64,000 bases of DNA, taken from NCBI GenBank assembly GCA_043228905.1, contig JBHGNT010000001.1:30876001-30940000 (forward strand), given 5' to 3'. Within the stretch, counting starts at the first letter, position 1. Every line of letters begins with the position of its first letter. This stretch comes from Azolla caroliniana (Eukaryota > Plantae > Polypodiophyta). Positions 26,818 through 37,800 of the stretch are shown here, piece by piece. Position numbers and translations under genes: made by a program. A model generated the notes under the pieces. That model had not been told where the DNA came from. It was given only the letters and a program-made list of their open reading frames with translations, and ran no database searches.

Positions 26818-26835
26818 TGGTGAACCCGACGTGAA
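26818..26835 (+). promoter_or_regulatory. Primer-binding site complementary to tRNA-Trp
   Basis: TGGTGAACCCGACGTGAA is the reverse complement of the 3' 18 nt of plant cytosolic tRNA-Trp(CCA) (..TTCACGTCGGGTTCACCA, recalled from memory). It sits 5 nt after the LTR end. Confidence 0.85.
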
Positions 26836-26857
26836 AGGTCGGCAAGGGAGAACCAAG

Positions 26858-29010
26858 ATGCGAGGAGGAGAACTCGAAGAAGCGATGGCGGCAGCGGTGG
26901 ACCACTTGGTAAATGCCCGAGAAGGCATAACCAACCTAGACCGGGCCATAGAGACAGTGGTCAACACAACGGGTCGGTTCAATGGAAGAGATATCACGAG
27001 CTACTTGGATGCCTATAAGGCCGAGATGCTTATGCGAAACGTCCCCGAAGATAGGCGGCTAATCGGATTTGCTAGAGTGGTAACGTCGAGTCTCCACGCA
27101 GAGGTACTTGAAATCCAAGCGGACTGTTGTAATTGGGTGGAGTTCGAAGAAAGACTCCTCAAGATGTACGGCCTTGATGACTCACTCAAAATTTCGAAAA
27201 GGGATCTAATGGAGTAGGTTGAGCTTCCCGGCAAGGGGAGAAATACTATGGTACTTCTACAAGAATTTGAGAAGCGCTTCGCACGACTCTCGACTCTCGA
27301 TAGGATGGTGCTTGACACAAGCAAGGTTCTACTATTCATAAAGGTTGTTGATGCATGAGACCGAGAGAAGGTGGGGTGCCTCCTCGAAACTGATGATGGG
27401 CTCCCGACGGATTTGGCTATGGTAAAACGGGTTTGTAGTCTCTTCGATAAGAGAAGGGAATAGAACGACGGGTCTCCGTTCATCGGCCAAACATCCACAG
27501 GCTCCATTAGTGAGACACACGAACCCAGGGGTGGTAGAATACCTCAAGAAAGAGAGCAAGCAAATGCAAGGTTCGTCCCCGAGAGAAACGTGGTTAAAGC
27601 ACCGTCGGGAGGGCCGTCAATAGACGAGCTCACAAAGATGGTGCGAGATCTCCAAATAGTGCAAGCTAGGAGAGAGAGTGGTGGCCCTGAAGATCGACGT
27701 CCCCCGGTTGCACAAAGATGTATGTGGTGCGACAACCCTGACCACCTACGAAGGGAGTGTGGAGACTTTCGATAGGCCCTAAGAAGGGATATTGTCTATC
27801 TTTGGAACAATAGGGTCTATTCGACGGAGGCAAGACGCCCCTTGGGATTGAATCAAGGCCGAGGGGGCATGAGAAGGCTAATGGAGGAGGCCGAAGCACG
27901 ACATGTTGAAGTCGTCCACTACTCGGCGTCAGCTGGGATCCGAGTGGGGAAAGAGGTGATGAGGCAAGAGGATAAAGAGTTTGACTTTTGGCCATCAATC
28001 CTTGGAAGCCTCTCTAAGGGAAAGTTCAAAAGAGAAGAAGCGGACGAAGCGGAAAGAAGGGTCCAAGAAGCAACCGGGTGGAAGGATCCGGTGGAAGAAA
28101 AGACAGACTTAGTGGAAGTTGCTTGCCAAAACTACGAAGTAATGGTAGGAGAGAAGACGGTAGGAAATGACGAGGGAGCCGGTCCATCAAGGAAATACGA
28201 CACTCGAGGTGCGCGAAAAAGGGAAGAGCCGAACCAGTCTCAAGCACGCAACGAAAGATGGAAAGAGAAGGGGAACCCCCCCCAACTTCAAGCTTTGCTC
28301 GAAGATCGAACAAGCAACGGACTTGAAGAAGGTAGTGGAGGAAAGGATCCTCGATAGTCGCATAGAGTATACTCTGCGAGAGGTCCTCGGAATTGCTAAG
28401 AAAGAACTCCAAGAGGTCATCATCAACCTAATGAAGAGGAAGCGGCTCTCGACGGAGCAAGAAGTAGCAAAGCCTGCGATTGTAAATGCATTGTCAACTG
28501 AGGTTCCCGGGGAAGACGAAGACTATGCAAGGATAGTCACTACATGAGGCCGCATTGGGCGAGAGCAACAACGGAGACACCGATACGGGTCGGGGATGTA
28601 AAAGAGTTGGTTGTAGCATTGATCGACCATGGCTCTAAGATCAACCTTATGTCCATGGACTTTTATAAAAAGGGAAAGTGGTTGATCAACACGAAGCACG
28701 GGTGGAAGATTAGAGCGGCGACCTGAGCAACCGAGGAGCTATACGGGGCTTGCCCAAATGTACGTGTGAATGTGGGGGACGTAGAAATAGATCAACATTT
28801 CTTTGTTCAAGAGACGTCCTTGCACCTGGTCATCTTGGGTGAACCATACATCATGGCGGCTCGCATGGAGACGAAGGTGCTAGACAACGAGTCGGCATAT
28901 GCGAGGATCAAGAGCCAAGATGGGAAGCATTCGGTCGAATTCCTTACGGTGAGGCCCAACCATGAGCGCAATCGGGCCTCCGTCAAAGGGGAGAGCCAAG
29001 AGGATTTTTT
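26858..29010 (+). pseudogene. gag-zinc knuckle-aspartic protease region of the retroelement, with in-frame stops and frameshifts
   Basis: GRFNGRDITSYL gag-type N-terminus, RCMWCDNPDHLRREC, ALIDHGSKINLM, VILGEPY. Confidence 0.88.
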
Positions 29011-29214
29011 ATGCGGGCTTTTAAAGAGTGGGGCCGCAATAGCCCGAGGCAAACTAAGACCCTAAACCCTTGTAAAACTATTAAATGTAATAAGAAACAT
29101 TTTTGGTTCTCCGAAAATGGAGCCTGTAAAATTACTAGTTTAAGTGATAGAGATAAGTCTAGGGCCAAGAGATACGAAAGGTATCTCAAACAATGTAATT
29201 TATTGGGGGAAGAT

Positions 29215-30353
29215 GAGACCATAAGCGGGCCATAGAGGAACGTGGGCAACATTCGAGAAATTAAAGGAGAAGTATTGGTGGCCGGGAATGTACAAGGATG
29301 TCGCCCATTTCGTGGGGACGTGTGAAAGCTGCCAGATACACTCCAACATACGCCATAGGGACGAGTTGCACCCGACCTACACACCATACACTTCAAATGG
29401 ATGGTGGATTTGGTTTTGATGCCGATGGAACTGGGCCAAATGAAATATTTGGTGCTAGCAAGAGAAGACCTAACAAACCAAGTGGAAGGGCGAGCCTTAG
29501 CAAACAAAACGACGGCGGGGGTGTGTAAATTCTTACTCGAGGATGTCATCTGCCGGTACGGATGTGTGGGAAAGATAGTGTCCGACAGAGGAGAGTTGAA
29601 CGCTCACGAAGCTACAGAGCTCTTTGAACGACTTGGAGTGAAGCTCTCTCTCACGACCGCTTATAACCCGGAGGCTAATGGAAATATAGAACACGGGCAC
29701 GGGCCCATCGTGAAAGCCATTGTAAGAGCTTGCGATGGGCGAGTCGGAATTGGCCTCGGTTACTACCTTATGCCTTGTGGGCTGACAAAACAACTCATAG
29801 CTCAATTACAGGTTTCATGCCAGCTGAACTCATGTATGGACAAAAGCCAATGATGCCCATTGAAGACACGATCGTGTCATGGGTAGCGATGCCATGGGAA
29901 AACGAGATGAGTCGAGTAGAGCTTCTAGAAACAAGGATAAGGCAACTTGAGAGAAGACCCGAAGACTTGGAGTTGGCAACGGAGAGGTTAGAAGCGGCTA
30001 GGCTAAGTAACAAACCCTGGTTCGACAAGACACACCGACTACGCCCTTGGAAGATCGAAGAAGGAGATTGGGTGATTGTATATGATAGTAATCTCGACAA
30101 TCAACATAGCTCAATGCAGAAATTTGCAAAGCGATGGTTCGGGTTGTACGTGGTAAGGAGTGCAAACGATAATGCTACCTACCATCTCGCTGAACTCAAT
30201 GGGACTAAGCTGGCAGTACCAATAGCAGGGAAGCGGGTCAAAATCTTCAAAAAGCGACATGATAGGGAGCCAAACCTCAATGACCTTGACGAAGATAAAG
30301 GCGAGCAAACAACGAGCCATGGGGTCAATGAGGAGGAGGAAATGAACTATTGA
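29215..30353 (+). pseudogene. Retroelement integrase (Zn-binding, DDE core, GPY/F), frameshifted, no chromodomain
   Basis: AGHRGTWATFEKLKEKYWWPGMYKDVAHFVGTCESCQ; WMVDLV; KIVSDRGE; TTAYNPEANGNIE; KRWFGLYVV. Confidence 0.9.
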
Positions 30354-30413
30354 CCACCCTCAGCCCGCCATTCTTGACACATACTGGAGGATGTGCGGTT
30401 TGGTGGGGGTGGA

Positions 30414-31562
30414 TGTCGTGATGTGGCGTGCTTAAGAGCGGGAAAAACCGACAAAAGGGGGGTCAAAATGTGCATGTGCAATGTGTGCACACACAAAGGC
30501 GATTAATTGTGTATATGCAAAATAAAAGGGAAAAGAAAAGGTGAAAACGATGTATAGAAGCTCGTGCAAAAAGTAAGAGAGAGGAAAGATAAAAGGTAGA
30601 GGGGAGACAGGCTATGAATTTGTAGAGGTAGAATTATATATTATATAAAATAGAGTTAATGGGCTAGTGGATAGTCAAATTGACCTCTAGCTAGAGGTGC
30701 ACGGTTCAAAGTTGGTCTTATAATGAAGCATGATTTAAGGAATTTTATTCCTTTTGCATTGAAGACAAAATTGGCGACCCCCCTTTCTTTGTTTCCTATA
30801 AAAGGAGGTCAAGGGGGCACATTGGGGGACGATGTTTTTGTAAGGAGGAGACTATCGCCATTTCTCCTTCGGAGCTCATCTTCTTCTTCTTCACCACTTC
30901 TCTTCATCTCTTCATACCCCTTTATCCCCTCATCGCCACGTGCTCGTCTTCTTCGCGTTGGCACTCGAAGTGCTCGTGAGCCCAAGCTTTGTTGGTTCGA
31001 TGTTGCGAGCCCCGTTCATCGTTGCGAGCCCGTGTTCTCGTTGTTCGGGTGGTCGTGGTTCGTTGGGGTTGGCATTTTGGTGGTGCTCGTGTGTTCATCT
31101 TCGTCATGTTCGGTTTTGCTCTTGTCTCTAAGGGCATTTAGTATTTATGTTGGTTGACTTGAAGTTGCCATTGTAATCAAACCCTATTTTATAAAGGGTC
31201 CTGTAGCGTTGGAATCGAACACGTATTTATTTCTTTGGCCGATATCATTCGTGTTTCTTTCTTCTCTCTTTCTTTCGCAAAGAGGATTCGTAGAGAGAGT
31301 TCGTAGAGTGAGGATTCGTAGAGTGAGGATTCGAAGAGTGAGGATTCGTAGAGTGAGGATTCATAGGGTGAGGATTCGTAGAGTGAGGATTCGCAAAGTG
31401 AGGATTCGTAGAGTGAAGATTCGTAGAGTCGGTTCGAAGAGTGCTTTATATTTATAAGATTTAAAATAAATAAATAAATAAATATTTATCCCTTGAGTAC
31501 TCCCTAGTCCAAGACCCTCGTGGTCCCGCCCAAGTAACACACACGCGCGAGACTTTGCAACA
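30414..31562 (+). repeat. Complete 3' LTR (1149 bp) with an internal 15-bp tandem array at 31282-31440
   Basis: Starts TGTCGTGA directly after the G-rich PPT and ends TTGCAACA. TATA-like CCTATAAAAG at ~30795. Contains an array of GTGAGGATTCGTAGA. Confidence 0.92.
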
Positions 31563-34500
31563 ACGATACATATGAGTTGTGTTGAGTAGGATTTGGTGAC
31601 ATCTAATGAAGGTAAGGGCTAGGATTGGCACTACCTTTATTGCTATTTCTTATCCATGCATTTAGTGGTAAGCTTTCTCCGCTACAAATGGGCAACAATC
31701 ATAGTTGGTTTTGAACAATGGCATGCCGCATAAGACAACTATGATGGAAAATGTGATTACAAGGGAGTTTGGTAATATCAACATTAGCTTCAAATTCCTC
31801 CAAACAAATAGGGCGTTCTCTTTTATCACATCTTGTTTAGAAGTACTTTGTCGTATATAACTCCATCTGACAAACTCTTAGGATTGCATGTATATGATTC
31901 CCTCCTCTTGTGCTCCTCTCATCATCATTGTCTTCTAGAAGGAATTGCATATGCTGAAACAAGGAACTTGACGCCGATGCATGACTATATCATTGAAGAA
32001 AAAAACAGAAGGATCCTTATAAATACATAACTATATTACATTGACATTACAAAAAAGTGAGTTGATCTTTTACCTAGAATTGTGTCGTAGGGATGCATTT
32101 GAATCAAATGACATCCACATATTCATGGAGAATTGTAGTTCACACTATAGAAGAGTAGCACGCAATGACGACACTTGTTTGTGACTATAAAAACTATGAT
32201 GAAATAATTATAGTGAGGAGGTAATCAAATGAAAAATAATTATTTAAATAAATTTCAAAGTCTACTATCAGTATTGTATTTTCATGGAGCCAATTTTGAA
32301 AAGGCATTCACATTCTAGAGGGCTTAGTGCAATAATTGTTTGTTTTTATCTAGTTTCATTGCCAACAGATAGAGAAGGACACACATGTATTAGAAACATC
32401 GGATTATCTATGTTGTGCATTTCATGCCAGTTATTGTATATAAAGTTATGTGTATGTGCACACGTGACTAAAATTCGGCCGTTGGAAGTTGCTTAAATTG
32501 ACAGCAGATAAACTCCATCTAATCACTCATTCAAATATGTGAAAATGCTTTTGATGAACCCTTGTGGAAGACTATGAATAAGAATATTCATAATTAAGAA
32601 CACTGCTTTGAGATTACTCTACCAGTAATATACTGAACTCACATTTTTCCTTTTCCAATGCATGCCTTTATTCTTCTATAATGGCCAACCTTTATATAAT
32701 AGAGATTACATATAGCCATGTTGTAAAGCTATTGAACCTTTTAAATAATGTTATCAATTTGCATGGCACTCAAGTATTGCTAGTGTAAGTCATAAAACAT
32801 ATTGTTAGAAAATTCTATTTTGTAGCATGATTGTTGTTTTCTTTTTGTTGTCAAACGTATGGTAGCTTGTTTTAATTATGTTTTGAAAAAATCCCTCTCC
32901 AAGGAGATTTCCCATAGATTAATCATTATAGTATTCATCAAAGGTTATGTAAGATCATGTATTAAGCTTTTTTGAAGTCTTAACGTCGAAATGCTAGGGG
33001 TAAAGACTATATTTTTGTAAGCATATATATTTAATCCTATTCGAAATGGATTGCACATAAGTACACTTAAAAGAGTGTAGATAAGTATGTTAATGACATT
33101 CCTTGTTAGTTTTTTATAGATGTGATAAGGTCTAATCTTTAACTTTTAAGGAAGTTTTCATAAATTTCACGTTAAGTTGAAATTTTGAAGGGGGTAAGGC
33201 CAAATAGTTTGGGATATTCTCCGACATTACGAAAAATCCTCAATGGACCACTAGGAATCTACAAAGCTCAATAACATTTTTATGCTTGAATTATTCAACA
33301 TTGTACAGGTATAAAGGATAGAGATCATGAGACCATAGCATTGCTACGTGACAAAAGCAAAATGCCCATGCCTCCTGTAAAGTTAGAGAATGTTTAATCT
33401 TTTTAGCAGGAATATGCAGGTAAGAACTTAGAGGTTACAAGTCCAATCCATCACAGAAATTATCTCTAATTATTTATTCAATCCAATGTGGATGGGTGAG
33501 ATAAGCTTATGCAATTGTATAGAATCCACATTATTCAAGGCAATGTGGGGGGAGAAGATGAACTTAGGCACATGCAAACCTAGAAAAGTATGTCTTTAAA
33601 TCTTTTAGTAGAATCTTGATGAAGCCATAAGTCAAATAATTAAGCACTTGTTCTAGTATTGCCATAGAAGCAAAGATGCAACACCTCTTTAGTCATTTCA
33701 AGAGCTTTTAGATATTTAGTCTCATGTTCAAAGCTACCACACAATACATCTAATCTTTCAATTAGGTGAGATTTTGGGGATTCTAGACAATGTGGATGCC
33801 ACTTACCACAAGGTCTTCTATCAACGTATTGTTCATGAATTATTCTTCATGTCAAATCTTTTAAGCAATCCTTGTATCATCATGGTTAGTTGTGTGACAT
33901 ATCCCTCAAAAAATGTCAAATATTTTTCAAGTGGGTTTAGAATTTCGTGTGTAGTATTTTTTGTGGGTTTAGAATTCTATAGTCATGTCCCTAGATTCAA
34001 TAATTTAATTATGCTTAGGCTTACGAATGCCTTTTATTATTGCTTTCCCTCATGGAATAACAACCCATTTACATGTTGAGGGAGATGAACCTTATCAACC
34101 TTGACACCTTTGTTCTTCACATTCATTTGTACTCCATATAGGAACTTCGCATTGCATGACATAAGCTGACATCCTGACTAATCTTTTTAGACGGAACATC
34201 ATCTCACATATGAATAGGAAGTAAAGCTTTATGACTAACAAAGAATGCCACAACTAGTTGTATTAGATCTTGGGGGATCACAAACGAGTTTCTAGCACTC
34301 ACAATGTTGAAGTTGATACAAGGCTTCCAATTGCCAATCTCTACTGCCATTAACTTAAGATCAAGCAATCACTGTGTGGATTAGCTTTTTACAGTTTACC
34401 CATTATAAAAGTAGCTGTACATGAATAAAGTAGCCGTACATGAATAGTCAGGTTTCAATATTAAATGTCCATAATTACATAATGCCAAAAATACCAGTAA

Positions 34501-34869
34501 TGCTAGCCTAATTATCACGCTACAATGCACAACAAACTTATGAAGAAATTGGAGAATATGTTTAGTTTTCAGAATCTATTACGAGAAATAACTTCTAATT
34601 TACAAGAATTTAGTAGAAATTGTATATATTCCTGTCCAAGTACATCCCCTTTTCAAAACCCCTCCATAAATCTTTCTAACGAAATTCAAAAATTCTGCAC
34701 GAATCTTCAAAAACAATATACATTATCTCTTTTTAAACTCTCTTTGTTCGGAATAATGTGACATAAATGAATATCTTCCAGTAATTGTCTGTTCCTACTT
34801 TTTCCAGACATCAAATTTTCCATTGTTGTGAGTCATTCAAGAACATGATCAGTAGAAAGAATTCGAGAT

Positions 34870-37800
34870 CTACTCGATGAATATTTGGATCCGATCACCT
34901 CGTCCATTATCTATGTCCAGTAATTGTTGTCCACTTCTCATTTCTCCATCATATTTGTATACCGACTCATCCAACAATTCCGCTAGATTTATCCCGGCGA
35001 CTCCTGTAAAATGAGGAGAATCAATTATACATCATATCCACCTCTGGAATTTAGAACTAACACAAAAATGATAATAAATTATGTAAATACCTGGAATGAT
35101 ATTTGCTAAGCCATCCAGAAATCCCGCCTGCACAGCCAACAAATTATCCATCATGAGTAGGTCTGTATTGATGTGTTACAACTGCATATTGATGAAATAT
35201 AATAAATCCCAATTGCATGTTCTATGTATAAAAAATGTGATGTGATGGCAATTTTGATAATATCTGATAGATAAACTCCCATAATAAAGTTAAAGAGATC
35301 TGTTGACAGTGTGTAAATAAATTGAGCATTGAATTGGAAATCACGAAAAGCCACAACAAAGATGGTCTCGTCAAGAAACACTCTCAGATGTGTGTCTAAT
35401 CTGCAACAAATAATGCATTATTCAGTGCATGAAATAGTTTTTAAATTCCCACTGCCGTGTGTAAGAACAGGTAAGTTTTCATCCATGGAACTCTAATATC
35501 CAATTGGAAAATGCATAACATAAACAATGAACTACTTGGAGGCTTATTGCAGCTACGCAAATTCTATGCATACTTCAGAATGGTAATAATCAACTAAAAA
35601 ACTTATTTTTGTAATTCCAATGAGCTCATTTTCTTCCATTTTGCTTGAAAAATAGTTCATAAAAGAATATGAGTTACCGGAACTCCCACATCAAGCTTCA
35701 CTACTCCATTGTTTGCCGTGACTTTGACACGAAGTGTACGAGACCAAATCCTTGGCAGTGGCGCAGATGAACTCTCTTCTTTATCATCTTCAAGCACATC
35801 AGGTATAACATAATCATTTTTCCTGGTTTCCTCATCCCCAATTTCTGAAGAAATGACTTCCCTGGAGGATAAATCTTCGATAGCATTTCTCACTACCACA
35901 TCTCCATTCCGGAGCAAATTCTGTTTCGAACCATCATCTATCATACATGAAAAAATTGCAAATGCTTAAAAATGCAATGTTGCAAAGTTTTGAGAAAATC
36001 GATGACTGATTTTATATGCAAGCACACCTGATTCTGTAAGCTCTTCAGAATTCGCTGAAATTTTGTACTTTTCCTCTTCCTGATAGTACTGATTAAACCC
36101 AACTACTCTCTTGATCTCTTCAAAAGATGGGAGATCAGCAGGGGGTGGCATCCGGCCACTCTTTAGAGCAACCAAAGCATCCTGGAATCATCAATACCAT
36201 AAAACTTTGGTCTAGAAGTGGTAAACTACAGAACTTTAGAAAAGATGTTCTTTCCTAGAAGAATCTATAAATCAATCAAAATAATTATGCAAAATAGTGA
36301 GCTGTATTTGATCAGAATGAAGGGAGTAAATGAACGAATATGCTAAAACAGAGGACAAGAGCCAGCTTAATATCAGAATCCTACGATTAATGAAGAATGT
36401 CTTTAATTTCTATTGCAAGATAATGTACCAGCATGAGATACTTGCTTATTTTAAAGTCATCATAAATAACAGATTTTATGTGGTTGTCATGATACCACTA
36501 ATTGAAGTCATTTTTATTATAAAAGTCAACAGTATTTTGGCTCCCACATTTAGTGATGTTACAAATTGCTCTTCCCAATGATCTGTAATGAACCATAGTT
36601 TTGAAGTTGATACCTTTGGGATTTTTAAACGCAGAATTCCTCAAGTTTCATTTTTCACCACAAAGCAGCACTAAACATGATACAATTTAGATTCTCAAAC
36701 AGAAAATGGGAATATTTGCATGATTTGACAAGACAATGGTTTTTTTTTCCCATAAAATAGCTCAAGGAGAATGTACACACACCACCCCTGATGATATAAA
36801 TTCTTCCTAATAAGATTGCCTTGCACCTAGGTAGCATGTCTATACCAGGAAGATCAGAGAGCTGCATCAAACTGGATTTCTAAGAAGAGTTTTAACATGT
36901 TTATACAAGGAAGATCATAAACTGGGACGATCTGGATTTGTTTAAAACTTTTGGCAGATTCCATGGTAATAAATTCCATATGCAAACCAGGATGACATCT
37001 ACAGTGATAAATTCCTCACAGAGCTGAACGAGAAACATGTTTTCACTATATCATACATTCATGATCACTATCTATTAGACAGGGTATTTTCACCAAGAGA
37101 AGTATGAAAAATTACAAAGTGCCTAAATCAATCAGATGATATTTCCAAGCACAACAAGTAGCAGCTACACTAAACCAATGATATTTCATTCAGCCTGTAG
37201 CCTAATACCCATAGGGAAGGATGTAAATGGCAAGGATACTTTAAATTGTAAAATTCACCAAAATCAAGCAAGACAAAAAGCCAAAATAATTCTTGAGATA
37301 TCTTCTCACTAAGAATTGACATCACACCCATCAATATCAACCCATATCATAAAACATCTGAGAATTCATCATGAACTCAAATGTGCTGCTTTCACAACTC
37401 TCTGAGCATAATGAGGAGCAACATACCTGCATTGCAGAAATCGACACTCCAATCAAGGAAAGTGGATATGACACAATCTTATATCCCAGTGCCTCCAGTT
37501 CAAGAGGAGTTAATATAGGTGTTCTTCCGCCACCTTCTAACATGTTTGCCTGAAACCGTCTTTATATATGAGATCAATCCTGCCAAAATTATACCGCATA
37601 TATGGAAGCTAGAAATTTATGGTTCACACAAAGATAAAGAAAGATGTATTAGCATCTCTATAAAACCATAATGGCCTATTGGACTTAGCAATGATTAGAA
37701 CTGTTGATGTTAACTCATCAATGTGAGAAACAAAACATCATTCTACTCCAGCTTCTTAAACAGAAATGTTTTGAAGAATCAGCCATTCCTAAAATAGTAC

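Larger units (their letters stand above)
26003..31562 (+). mobile_element. Ty3/gypsy LTR retrotransposon lacking RT/RNase H, decayed
   Basis: 5' LTR (truncated) 26003-26812, PBS, gag from ATG 26858, CCHC knuckle CMWCDNPDHLRREC, protease LIDHGS, integrase (GHRG..YWWP..CESC, D-D-E, RWFGLY), PPT ~30398-30413, and 3' LTR 30414-31562. Confidence 0.93.

Noticed and set aside
31209-31457. Arg-rich (RRVRI)n peptide ORF
   Set aside because: Translation of the 15-bp LTR tandem array, not preserved in the 5' LTR.
33500-34100. Possible gypsy RNase H remnant on the minus strand
   Set aside because: The motif resemblance is too weak to support without a search.
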